Shown one piece after another: positions 22,291 through 34,996 of a DNA stretch of 64,000 bases. How positions within the stretch are numbered: the first letter of the stretch is position 1; each line of letters begins with the position of its first letter. The stretch is taken from assembly GCF_006345805.1 (NCBI RefSeq), contig NC_043014.1, forward strand, positions 14,198,001-14,262,000. Reading direction: 5' to 3'. The notes below the pieces were generated by a model. The model was not told the origin of the DNA, searched no databases, and saw nothing but the letters and a program-made list of their open reading frames with translations. Both the position numbers and the translations under genes were made by a program. Origin of the DNA: Octopus sinensis (Eukaryota).

Positions 22291-23806
22291 AGAGAGAGAG
22301 TATCCCAAAATATAACAATATGTGAGTTACATAACTTTGTTTTTAACCGTTTGCCTATCCAAAGCATTTTCATAATTTTGTCCTAAACATCAGCACTTGT
22401 TTTCAGACATTTAGTTAGCCCATGTTTTATGCATTCTGATTAATATATAAAGTTTCCAGTTGCTCTGGTCATTGAACAAAAAAAAAAAAAAATAATAATA
22501 AGAAGAAGAATGATGATGAAATTATTGTATACAGTGCTCAGGTGCACCACAACTTGTCAAAAGTGCCTATAAAGCATATGCAGTAATGTACAAATGTCTA
22601 GGAAGTGATACATGCTTGTGTGTGTGTATGGAGGGGAGAAAATCAGGTGTAGTGTTGGCGAATCTCAGGAAGCATGGAAGTTTTGAAGGATGCAGTGCTC
22701 CGACAACTAACAACTGATGCCACCAGTTTGTTCCATACTTCAGCAACTCTTAGCATGAAAAAATGTTTCCGAAAGTCAGGAGCTGTGCTGTTTGGAAATG
22801 TGTATCATATATGATGTATGGACGCCAGGGAAATATGTTTTATGTATCATCTGGGATACACAGGACTGGTAAAGGGTTAATAAGAAGCAGAGGTCCTTGC
22901 TGATGTCCTTTAATCCTTTGCTTGCCCAAAGCATTTTCATAAGTTTGTCCTAAACATTCCATGCGTGTTTGCACACCTTTTAGTTAGCTCATGTTTCACA
23001 CATTCCGAGTATTATAATACTTTTGTCTCATAACAGCCAAGTTACTCTTGTGGCTGAAAAACATGAGGAATATGTTTTGTATGTGATTTACTGGATGCCA
23101 AGAAAATATGTCCCGTATATCACGTGACAAAAGGATAGGCAAAGGGCTAAAAGAAATGTTTCAGTATTTTCCTTATAGGCGTAGGAGTGGCTTTTGTAAA
23201 CATCCACCTCCCCACATTTCGACAACTGGTGCTGGTGTGCATATATCCCTATAACTTAGTGGTTTAGGCACAGAGACCATTAGAATAAATACCAGACTTA
23301 CAAAAAAAAAATACAAGAACACTTCCTTAAAAAAAACATGAGTACTGGGGTCAATTCAGTCATTTAAAATCCTTGAAGGTGATGCCCAGAATGGCTGTGG
23401 CCTATTGACTGAAACTAGTAAAATACAAAATATAAAAGCTACCATCATCATCATCATCGTTTAACGTCTGCTTTCCATGGGTTGGGCGTTTCAACTGGGG
23501 TCTGGGAAGCCAGGAGGCTGCACCAGGCTCCAGTCTGATCTGGTAGTGTTTCTACAGCTGGATGCCCTTCCTAATGCCAACTACTCTGTAAGTGTAGTGG
23601 GTGCTTTTTTACATGCCACCGGCACAGGTGCCAGGGAGGCTGGCAACGGCCATGATTGGTTGGTGCTTTTTATGTGCCACTGGCACTACAATTTCCATTT
23701 GATCTTTTTATTTATTTATTTAACACAGTGTATCTTGGATGAAATTATCCAATGTGTTTTTTTTCCCCTATCCTTGAATTTTCTCTCCCTATTTCTTTCT
23801 TTGCAG

Positions 23807-23922
23807 GCCTTCAACACCTTCATTGATGACGTGTTTGCCTTTATCATTACAATGCCAACAGCTCACAGACTCGCATGTTTCAGAGACGATGTTGTATTTT
23901 TGATTTATCTTTACCAAAGATG
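23807..23922 (+). CDS. CLPTM1L: CLPTM1L exon: AFNTFIDDVFAFIITMPTAHRLACFRDDVVFLIYLYQR(W)
   Basis: tgcag/gtgagt boundaries, near-invariant family motif. Confidence 0.97.
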
Positions 23923-25665
23923 GTGAGTTCATACCTACATGCCATCTCTCATAGTTTGCTGGGGTTTCTTCCTGCATCACTTTCCTTCTTTTTTTGTTCT
24001 CTTAGCTACAGTAAGTACATATGAGGGATGTATGAAAAGTCTTGAGCCTCAAAAAACAAAACTGGGTACAAGGCTTCTGATGAAGGTACAAGATTTCAAG
24101 GCTCAAAACTTTTCATACACCACTCATATAATTGAGGGGTATATATTAGGTGGCTTAGTGGTTAGGTTATTCGGTTCACGATTGTAAGGTCATAAGTTCG
24201 ATTCCTGGTGGTGCCTTGTGTCCTTGAGCAAGACACTTTATTTCATGCTGCTCCAGTTCACTCAGCTGGCAAAAATGAGTTGTACCCGTATTTCAAAGGG
24301 CCAGCCTTGTCACATTCTGTGTCACACTGAATCTGCTTGAGAACTACATTAAGGATATGTATCCTTAATGTAGTTAAGATCAACTGTAGATCAACTGATA
24401 CACCCATAGGCACAGGAGTGGCTGTGTGGTAAGTAGCTTGCTTACCAACCACATGGTTCTGGGTTCACTGCGTGGCACCATGGGCAAGTGTCTTCTACTA
24501 TAGCCTTGGGCCGACCAAAGCCTTGTGAGTGGATTTGCTAGACGGAAACTGAAAGAAGCCCGTCGTATATATGTCTATTTATATATATATATATATGTGT
24601 GTGTGTATGTTTGTGTGTCTGTGTTTGTCCCCCCAACATCGCTTGACAACCGATGCTGGTGTGTTTATGTCCCCATAACTTAGCGGTTCGGCAAAAGAGA
24701 CCAATAGAATAAGTACTCGGCTTACAAAGAGTAAGTCCTGGGCTCGATTTGCCCAACTAAAGGCCATGCTCCTGCATGGCCACAGTCAAATGACTGAAAC
24801 AAGTAAAAGAGAGTATGTCTGTGGAATTCTCGGCCACTTGCTCATTAATCTCAAGAGCAGGCTGTTCCATTGATTGGTTCAGCTGGAACATTCATCATTG
24901 TAACCAGTGGAGTGCCAGTTTATTAGGCTGTAAGTTCGATTCCTGCTGGTGTGTTCTGTCCTTGAGCAAGACACTTTATTTCACATTGCTCCAGTCCACT
25001 CAGCTGGCAAAAATGAGTAATACCTGTATTTCAAAGGGCCAGCCTTGTCACATTCTGTGTCACACTGAATCTCCCTGAGAACTACATAAAGGATACCTAT
25101 GTCTGTGGAATCCTCAGCCACTTACTCATTAATTTTATGAGTAGGCTGTTCCATTGATCGGATCAACTGGAACATCCACCATCATAACCAGTGGTGTACT
25201 GGTTTATTAGGTTATATAACAACTTCATGTCAGGTGTTAACATTGGAATATCATTGGTTGTAGTAGTTCTTGGTCTTTCTCTTGGTAGTCTCTTGAGTCT
25301 GAGAAAGACGATTCCACAAAATTGCTGAATAACCAAATGTTTTTTGCTGTCCAAAATGGGTTTTTAGTCCAATGCTGTTATTTTAAGTTCCTCTATGAAG
25401 TGAACTAATCATTTCTTATTTAATCTCCAGTGAAACCACTGAAGTGAAAAGATAGAAGAATTATTGTATAAAGATATTTGATATATAGGCATAGGAGTGG
25501 CTGTGTAGTAAGTAGCTTGCTTACGAACCACATGGTTCCGGGTTCAGTCCCACTGCATGGAACCTTGGGCAAGTGTCTTCTACTATAGCCTCGGGCCGAC
25601 CAAAGCCTTGTGAGTGGATTGGTAGATGGAAACTGATAGAAGCCCATCGTATATATCTATCTATC

Positions 25666-25744
<79 letters not shown>

Positions 25745-26060
25745 GTATATATATATATGTATGTGTGTATAGGTGTTTGTGTCTGTGTTTGTGCCCTCAA
25801 CATTGCTTGACAACCGATGCTGGTGTGTTTACGTTCCTGTAACTTAGTGGTTCGGCAAAAGAGACCAATAGAATAAGTACTAGGCTTACAAAGAATAAGT
25901 CCTGCGGTTGATTTGCTCAACTAAAGGTGGTGCTCCTGCATGGCCACAGTCACATGACTGAAACAAGTAAAAGAGTAAAAAGAGTAAAGAGCATACTTTT
26001 TTGACCCCTGTTTCACCTCCTTATTTTAAGACTTCATTGATGATGTATTTTATTTTCTAG

Positions 26061-26160
26061 GTTATATCCTGTGGATAAGACCAGAGTCAACGAATATGGT
26101 ATGTCTTATGAAGAAGACAAAGTCAAAACTGATTCAAAGAAGAAGAAGAAAGATGAATAA
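26061..26160 (+). CDS. CLPTM1L: CLPTM1L terminal coding exon: (W)LYPVDKTRVNEYGMSYEEDKVKTDSKKKKKDE*
   Basis: ttctag acceptor, LYPVDK.RVNE.G motif, TAA at 26158-26160. Confidence 0.95.
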
Positions 26161-27211
26161 GAGATGTTTAAGTGACTCTGAAATATTGTTGTTTGGTTCT
26201 GCCAGCCACAGGAATTTTCCAAAACGATGCACAAAAAACAAAACAAACAAAAAAATCCACCCTTACCAAGAACACTTCTTCCCTGATTTGTGTATCGACT
26301 TATATGTTTGTTATTGTCTGTAATAAGTCTCCTCTTTATTGCCCTTATTTTCCCCTCTTCCTTGTGTCACATTTTCTCTTTTACTCTCTCCCTCTTGGCC
26401 TCTGTATCATATTATCTCTTACTTTTCTCTCTCTCTCTCGAAAATATCTTTCTTAAGAAGCTGTACTTTAGTCGGTGCAGTGTTGCTGTCCTGCTTACAG
26501 AGAAAACAACGCAAAGGAGGGAACCCATTCCTGGTATTCAGAATTTCGTGTTTTTTTGTCATGTCTCCTACATCATCTTTTTCCTCCTTCTCCTCCTCCA
26601 TACGAGGCCATTTCAAATGTAATTATTGTCAGTCTCCTATATTTATTTATATTTATATATTTTTTTGTGTGTGTGTCTTCAAAACAACAGAATTTGCTGT
26701 TTTTGCGAGACATTCCAAAGACTATCCACACTGTTGTTATTGTTGTTTACCCCAGGTCAAACCTGATTGAGCGTACCTACGATCATAGATATTCCAGCAG
26801 TAACCACCTTGTCTTTTTTGTATATCAAGGGCTACATCATTTAGCAGGTCAACCAATCATGTAGTGTCTCCCTCATCGACTCATTGTCTAACACAGTATC
26901 ACAAACTTTTGTAGAAGTAGCCATGGCAAATCAACCAAGATTTTGAAAGTGAAAAAGCTATGATGCATTCTCCTAATGTGTGATGTTTCAATGAAGCAGA
27001 CTTGTGTTTTGTAATAATACTTTTGGCTTAGAATGTCAGAAGATATTGTGAACAGACTTTTAACCTATGAATTCATTTAGTTCTTTTGATTCAATCAATC
27101 AACGAACATACATTTGGGATGAGGAATGTCTGGGATCGGAAAGTGATAGAGTATAAATATATTGATGAGTCTGGGTTATTGGCAGAGAGTTGGTGGTGTG
27201 GGGAAAGAGGG

Positions 27212-27437
27212 CTAGCTGACAGAAACGTTAGCCCGCCGGGTGAAATGCTTTGCGGTATTTCGTCTGCTGCTATGTTCTGAGTTCAAATTCCGCCGAGGTT
27301 GACTTTGCCTTTCATCCTTTCGGGGTCGATTAAATAAGTACCAGTTATGCACTGGGGTCGATATAATCGACTTAATCCATTTGTCTGTCCTTGTTTGTCC
27401 CCTCTGTGTTTAGCCCCTTGTGGGTAGTAAAGAAATA
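27212..27437 (+). mobile_element. SINE family C
   Basis: 17-bp TSD ggtgtggggaaagaggg at 27195-27211 and 27438-27454. Confidence 0.85.
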
Positions 27438-27466
27438 GGTGTGGGGAAAGAGGGACGGAGAAACTG

Positions 27467-28810
27467 CTAATTAAGCTTAAAAAATACAAGAGGCATTTGA
27501 GGACATATTTGCTGACTTAATAAATTAATCAAATGTATTTCAATTAAGAATTGTGCACATGTTCTCGATATAAGCTTTCTTGTAAGATTATTCCATGAAT
27601 CTACGTTCAGCTTTGATGACTGCTCCAATGCTGGACCAGAATCATTGACATGCCTCATTAAATGGTCATTATTCATTTTGAAATCACCTGGACAATGGCA
27701 GCCTTCAGGGAATCTGTGGTGCTGTGAAGATTTCGGTTAGTCTCCCTTCCAGCTAATGCTCCAAATATAGTCATCCATAGGATTTAAATTTGATGAATTT
27801 GGAGGCCACAAGTTTGGTGATACACAATCATTATGTTTGCCTGGCATAATTTCTTGGGTTGTGTGGTCTTTGTGAGAAGGTGCTGAGTCGGAGTGAAACA
27901 CATATGACCATCCACTATGTACTTCATCCATCCAGCAGCATTGATGCTAAGAGCCTGTGGAAAGCTGTGAGGTGACATGACATGACCTTTGTCACTGACC
28001 CCTCCTGAAACCATCACAGTTGCTGGTAACTTAGTGTGCATCACTCTTTGGGGCATCTGTCATTTCTCCTGTTGGACTTTTGATCTTTGTTGAAGTATTT
28101 CTTATCAGAGAAGAACCGAAACATGCCATGTTTGTGAGAGTTTTTAACCATGTTAAGTAACCTCTTGGCACAGATTAACCCTTTCGTTACTAACCTGGTT
28201 GAAACCACCTCTGGCTCTGTGGTACAAATATCTTGTTTTCATAAGTTTTGAATTAAAATTTTCCACTAAACCTTAGTCACAATTTATGTTCCTTACACTA
28301 GCTTAAAACTAAGCTATTTTACTAAATTCTTTGTTATATTTAAAATAATTGAAAGAAACACAGAGCATCTCAAAATATATACAGTGACGAAAGGGTTAAA
28401 TGGTTTTCCTATGTCTTTACAGACATGAATTGACTTCTCCTCAGTACATAGGATTTATATTAAATGTTCTCATGCACCAGCATTCTCATAGTCCACTCCT
28501 TTATCTCAGGTTCTTAGTGATGGCCCTCATTGATTTTTTGGGCTCATTATTGATATGTTTTGAACACATTGGATGGACTGCATTGTCCTTATATTGTCTG
28601 AATATTTTAGACTGTTTTTCTTTTTTTTTTTGTCTTTGATACAGTTGAAACATTCCTACCAGAGTCTTCCAATTCTGAATTTTGTGTACAAAAGATCTTG
28701 CAACATTTAGCAAGTTGGCAATTTCTATATCACTGTGTTCTGCACATACGGCAACTGTGAGGCTGCATGTCTTTCCATTTTCTTGTGTTAGCATTTTATC
28801 TGTCATGAGA
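27467..28810 (-). mobile_element. Decayed maT-like (DD37D) Tc1/mariner element, interrupted by a piggyBac-type MITE
   Basis: YVFHSDSAPSH...WPPNSSNLNPMDDYIW (37 residues between the two Ds), TKLPATVMV, and an N-terminal HTH-like ORF at 28501-28806. Confidence 0.7.
28179..28395. mobile_element. piggyBac-type MITE, same family
   Basis: TTAA|CCCTTTCGTTAC...GTGACGAAAGGG|TTAA. Confidence 0.85.
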
Positions 28811-29029
28811 GAGCTTGTAACTGGTTTAGATATATTGGCTTAGAATGTCAGAAGATATTGTGAAGCAATGTGACTTGCCGAAAATACCAATTCTGTTAGT
28901 TGGTAGATAGTTAACATCGTTACAGAAATAACCACGAAATTAATTAAATATCTCAAATACCTCTCACACCTTGTGTGTGTGTGTGTGTGTGCACACGCAT
29001 GTCAAAATATATGTGTACTTGTGACCATT

Positions 29030-29061
<32 letters not shown>

Positions 29062-31301
29062 ATATCGGTTTCTAAGAAGTATTTTGCACATGGGATGGGA
29101 TATACTGAAGTTTATTTCATTGTCCATGGCATTCATGTGTGTGAATAACATTTCCCTCTTCTTTTATTTTCACTTTCTTTCTTCCTTTCTTTCAATCATT
29201 CATTCTCACTCTCTCTCTCTCTCTTAACCGTCTCAACACAATGTCACGAGAGCCAGTCTGTTGATAACTTTTTGCCCACACAGCAAGGCAGCAAAATTTG
29301 AACTCAGCACTGCAAGTTAAACAAAACACTCTCCCGACATACACAACGTTGCACTTCTCTGTGATTACCTATTTTACTCCTAGGTGGACTGGGCCTGGAA
29401 GAGCTAAGTGTATGTAGGTTTGTTTTTGTATGCAACACAGCCAAAATATTGATGTCTTTATAAAAATAACCCCTCTTAACTCTTTGACCAATGGGACCAC
29501 ATCTACATCCCTTGGCCAGTAGCAATTCTTAATCTATAGTTGGGACTTTGGTACGAAAGAATCAGCATTTTGATGCTCTTTAAATCTTTTAATGAATTTG
29601 GAAAAATGTCCTACTTTTTCTCTTCTTTTTTTTTTCAAATTCAGTTTGATGAAGGAGACCAGATTTAATGTTTGTTTTTTAAAATCGGAATTTCATCCAG
29701 GGAAGCAGCATATATAAGGTGTATATATGTGTGTGTGTGTGTGTATATATATATATAAATTGAAACTGCTGCAAAATGTGGATTTTTATTTGAAATGTCA
29801 TGAAGCTGTTTATTCAGGAACGCTTTTATACTTTGGTTTAGAAGTAACATATTTTCTGATTATTTATTTACATATGTTTTTGGTGCTAAATCATTGAAAT
29901 TGTTTGAGAATTGGGAAAAAAATCTTTTGAGCTATCAGAGACAATGGTAGAATGCTTTTGGTCAAGGAGAGAGGGTGAGAGGGAGAGAGAGAGAGAGAGA
30001 GAGTTCTTGAAAATAACTAATGATTAAAAGTGAAAACTTCCAAACTATAAGAAGAATGGCACAGGAATCATTATCATTTAAAAGAAAATCACATTAGTTT
30101 TAAGCCCTTTTACTGCAGAAAGCAGATATATCCATTCAAAATTTCATTACCTTTAACTGTAGAAACCAGTTTTATATACCAATCTGTCTTTTGTTCAGGA
30201 ATGTCATGTTAGGAACGATTTTCTGTTATGTCGAAGTTATCGAAGCAATGTGACTTGCAGAAAATACCAATTCTGTTAGTTGGTAGATAGTTAACATCAT
30301 TACAGAAATAACCACAAAATTTAATTTTGCAGTTAAAAGGTTAAAGAATTCTATGCAGGCTCAACTTAGTTTTACACTGTAACTTTGTATAATTATGCAG
30401 CATTGATTAAATTGTAACGTTTTGATGCAGTTGTAGCATAATATTATATTTTTACATTGGTACAAGTTCTACTAGCTGGTGAGTGTTATAGCTTGTTAGA
30501 AATGGTTTGTTGTGCTGTTCATGCCTTTCTCGTATATTAATAGTATCAGAAAAACGAACATCTTTAGGTTAGTATTTAATCATCTCTGTCACATTTTGAA
30601 TAATTTCTGTGATGTTTAGAATGAATTTTATGCATTTTTTTTCCTCTGAGAAAGAAACTCTTGTTGTTTCATGTAACAAAAGGTGTTTGAAAATGTCTTT
30701 ATTTCTTTTAGGATTTTGCGTATAAAATAACTATTATTAGTGTTGTTGGGGATGGTGGCTAACTGATTGAATCATTAGTGAATTGGACCAAATACTTAGT
30801 GGTATTTCCTCCAGCTCTTGACATCCTGGGTTCAAATTCCTCTGAGCTTGACTTTTGCTTTTCCTTGGGGGGGGGGGGGGCGATAAAATAAGTACCAGTT
30901 GAATACTGGGGTTGACTTACCTGCTCCCTTGAAACTACTGGTCTTGTGCCAAAACTTGAAGATGTTAGTATTATAGAACACGTGAAAATATGATATTAAG
31001 AAAAAATATGAATTCTTGTTTCTTCACCATGGAAATTAGGACTCATCATCATCATCACCATCATTTAATGTCTGCTTTTGTATGTTTGTATGGGTCAGAC
31101 GGAATTTGTTGAGGCATGCTTTTCCATGGCTGGATGCTCTTCCTGTCATCAACCTTCTCCTGTTTCTAAGCAAGGTAATATTTTCCCAAAGCTAGGCATG
31201 GCTTTTTTCCTTTCTTTTCATGGAAGACTGGAAATGTAAAATCTCATTTGTATGACAACAATACCCATTTACAACCATCACATTATGTTTAAACAAGGGT
31301 G

Positions 31302-31361
<60 letters not shown>

Positions 31362-34300
31362 GATATACAATGGGCTTCTTTCAATTTCTGTCTATCAAAT
31401 GCAGTCATATGGTTTTGGTTGGCCCAGGGCTATAAAGAGGATAGTTGCCCAAAGTGCTGAGCAGTGAGACTAAACTCAAGACCACATGGTTAGAAAGCAA
31501 GCTTCTCAGCTACACAGCCATACCTGCACCTATATGAATGAAGGTAACAATTATCTATGTAAACACTGTCATAATAGGCATGAACTATTGACCATTCTCC
31601 ATCCAGTTTCTCCTTCTGTTGCTCACAGATGCTGGATTAAGCATCTTTTAGTACCCAGTATTACTCTTTTTACTCTTTTACTTTTTTACTTGTTTCAGTC
31701 ATTTGACTGTGGCCATGCTGGAGCACCGCCTTTAGTCGAGCAAATCGACCCCAGGACTTATTCTTTATAAGCCCAGTACTTATTCTATCGGTCTCTTTTG
31801 CCGAACCGCTAAGTGACAGGGACGTAAACACACCAGCATCGTCAAGCAATGCTAGAGGCATAAACACAGACACACAAACATATACACACACATACATATA
31901 TATATACATATATACGACAGGCTTCTTTCAGTTTCCGTCTACCAAATCCACTCACAAGGCATTGGTCGGCCCGGGGCTATAGCAGAAGACACTTGCCCAA
32001 GATGCCAAGCAGTGGGACTGAACCCGGAACCATGTGGTTGGTTAGCAAGCTACTTACCACACAGCCACTCCTGTGCCTAATAATTTATTCTTTGTGTTCT
32101 GAGTTCAAATCAAGCTGAGGTCATCTTTGCCCTTTTTTCTGCTAGGGTAGGTAAATAAAAGTACTCAGTCTAAGATGGTAGATGGAATTGTTAGAGCATC
32201 AGATAGGATACCTGGTGGTGTTTGTTCTGGCTCTTTGCATTCTGAGTTCAAATCCTGCTGTGTCCTATATCAATGGTGAACATAACCTGTTGCTCAGTTT
32301 AACACCATCACCTGGTTCTTGGGCTACCTTTCATGGAACTCATTCTGTTGCAAGCATTTGGATCAGGTCTCTGACTTGATAATACCTTCTTCCTTCCTTC
32401 CCACCAATCTGCAAGGCCCTTTAAGGGCTCATGGGCACTTGTCTTCCCTCTTGACTAAGCAATAAATAAAAAATAAAAGGTGGGCTGTGTGGTAAGAAGC
32501 TTGCTTCCAAACCACATGGTTCCTGGTTCAGTCCCACTGCATGACACTTTGGGCAAGTGTCTTCTGCTATAGCCTTGGTGTTTAAACCGGACATATCCAG
32601 CCAAAATATTTTACCTGTTTTATGTTGAAAAAAACTCAGATCCAGCCTCTCACACCTACCCTACAATGTCATTGTAAAATTATACACAATCACATCATTG
32701 AGATCTTGAATCTATGAGATATTGCATGATTAATTCAAAACGATGTGAATAAATTAGCATTACATTTGACAATAATCCGAATGCTTAAGGGTTAAATGAA
32801 TTTTCTCATTGATCTCAGGTTTTTGAAAGGTCTCTCTACTTAATAAGAGAACTTCATTAACCAACAACAAACACATTTTTCTAATTTCATCTCTCAGTAA
32901 CTAAATAGTTATATTTTATATTTATACGCCCTTTTCAAGCCTAACCAGGCTCATGGGCCCGGTTTCCCAGTTTCTGTGGCGTATGTGTTCCCCCCCAGTT
33001 GGACGGGACGCCAGTCCATCGCAGCGTTACTCAAGAAACAGGAAGAGACAGTGAGAAAAAGTTGTGGCGAAAGAGTACAACAGGGGTCGCTACCACCCCC
33101 TGCTTTATCGACACTTCAAATCATGTTGTGTTGTTCTGGTTTAACCCTTGGTCGTCCCTTATTAAGCACCTCCATGTTTGAAGTAGTTCTAGTTGTGGTG
33201 ACTGTACAATACTGTCTTTTTTTTCTACACAGCACAGTCAAAACCACATGACATGCAATATGTCCTTCTCTGAGATTGTGTAAGGGATTTGAGAGAGAGA
33301 GAGATTTGACTGCTATCTCTAGCAGGTTAAGTGACAATGTTGTACATGCTCCCTTGTTGGCAAGTTTGAAATCATGTAACTCACTGGTCTCAACCTTGTT
33401 TTTTACCTCATAATTGATTTCATGCTAGACAATTTTTCCATGGACAAGGACATTATGTGAATAACAAAACAGAATAAAGTACATAATTGAATTATTACAC
33501 ACACGCATTACATATATAATGCAAAAATACTCTGCAGGTTGCAATAGTCAATGAAATAGTGATAAAATTTTAAAATTCTTTCTGTGTGGTCCACTGTTGG
33601 TTGGGGACCTCTGATGTAACTTATACTCTTTTACTTGTTTCAGTCATTTGACTGCGGCCATGCTGGAGCACCGCCTTTAGTTGAGCAAATTGACCCCAGG
33701 ACTTATTCTGTGTAAGCCTAGTACTTATTCTATTGGTCTCTTTTGCCAAACTGCTAAGTTATGGGAACATAAACACACCAGCATCGGTTGACAAGTAATG
33801 CTAGGGGTACAAACACAGACATACAAACACACATACATATACATATATACGACGGGCTTCTTTCAGTTTCCATCAACCAAATCCACTCACAAGGCTTTGG
33901 CCGGCCCGAGGCTATAGTAGAAAGGTGCCACGCAGTGGGACTGAACCTGGAACCATGTGGTTGGTAAGCAAGCTACTTACCACACAGCCACTCCTGCACT
34001 TATGAGTTATTGCTAGAAAAGAGCAATATTTGATGAAATAGTCCTATCTTCTGCATGAGCTAACTGTAGAGTCTCTCTGTCTGACCTATCTATTTGTCTC
34101 TCCCCCTCACTGTGTCCTCATCTTCCAGATGCCCCCTCCTGTCTAACACTGAACATGCAATACTCAATCCTAACTTTCCAAGACTAATCCTCTGGAATTT
34201 CTTCCTTGCTTCTGTTTCTCTGACAAATCTCAATTTAAAAATATCTAAGCATTAACAAGATCATTCTCATCCAACCAGTCTGAGAGGACCTAAAAATGGC

Positions 34301-34775
34301 AATGTCCCTTCCTTCTCTTATGATTAAGTTTAAAAAAAAATATCAGAGAATTAACAAAGCTGAGCTGAAATTTTGAAATTTCATGAAGACGATACAATAA
34401 GTCCTTTCCGCATAAGCAGACTATAATACTATAGAAGAGAATGGTCCATTTTTTTGGTGTTTCCACTGTTATACTCTGCTTTGGGGAAGCCGCATTTTAT
34501 TCTTGTCTTTGATTATTTGGAGGTTTATTCCATTATTTGATGATATTCCACAAGTTTCTTAATCAGTCGTTGTTTGATTATATTTACCCTTTAAAATTGT
34601 CAAATGTAATACTTATTTATTCACATTGTTTTGAATTAATCATGCATTATCTCATAGCTTCAATGATGTGATTGTTTATTTTTAGAATGACAATGTAGGG
34701 TGTATGTGTGAGGGGCGAGATCTGGCCAGTTTGAACATAAAACTGATAGAATATGACTGGATATGACTGGTCTAA

Positions 34776-34996
34776 CCCTTTCGTTACCAACCCGGCTGAA
34801 ACCGCCTCTGGCTCTGTAGTACAAATGTCTTGTTTCCATAAGTTTTGAATGAAAATCTTCCACCAAACCTTAGTCACAATTTATGTTCCTAACACTAGCT
34901 GAATGGTAAATAAGTTATTGTACTTAATTCTTTGTTATATTTAAAATAATTGAAAGAAACACCAAGTGTTTCAAAATAAATACTGTAATGAAAGGG
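34776..34996. mobile_element. piggyBac-type MITE, same family
   Basis: CTAA|CCCTTTCGTTAC...GTAATGAAAGGG|TTAA. Confidence 0.8.

Noticed and set aside
23477-23806. 5' part of the 149-aa ORF as CLPTM1L coding sequence
   Set aside because: It is an RTE 3'-tail fragment plus polypyrimidine tract; the exon starts at the cag acceptor at 23807.
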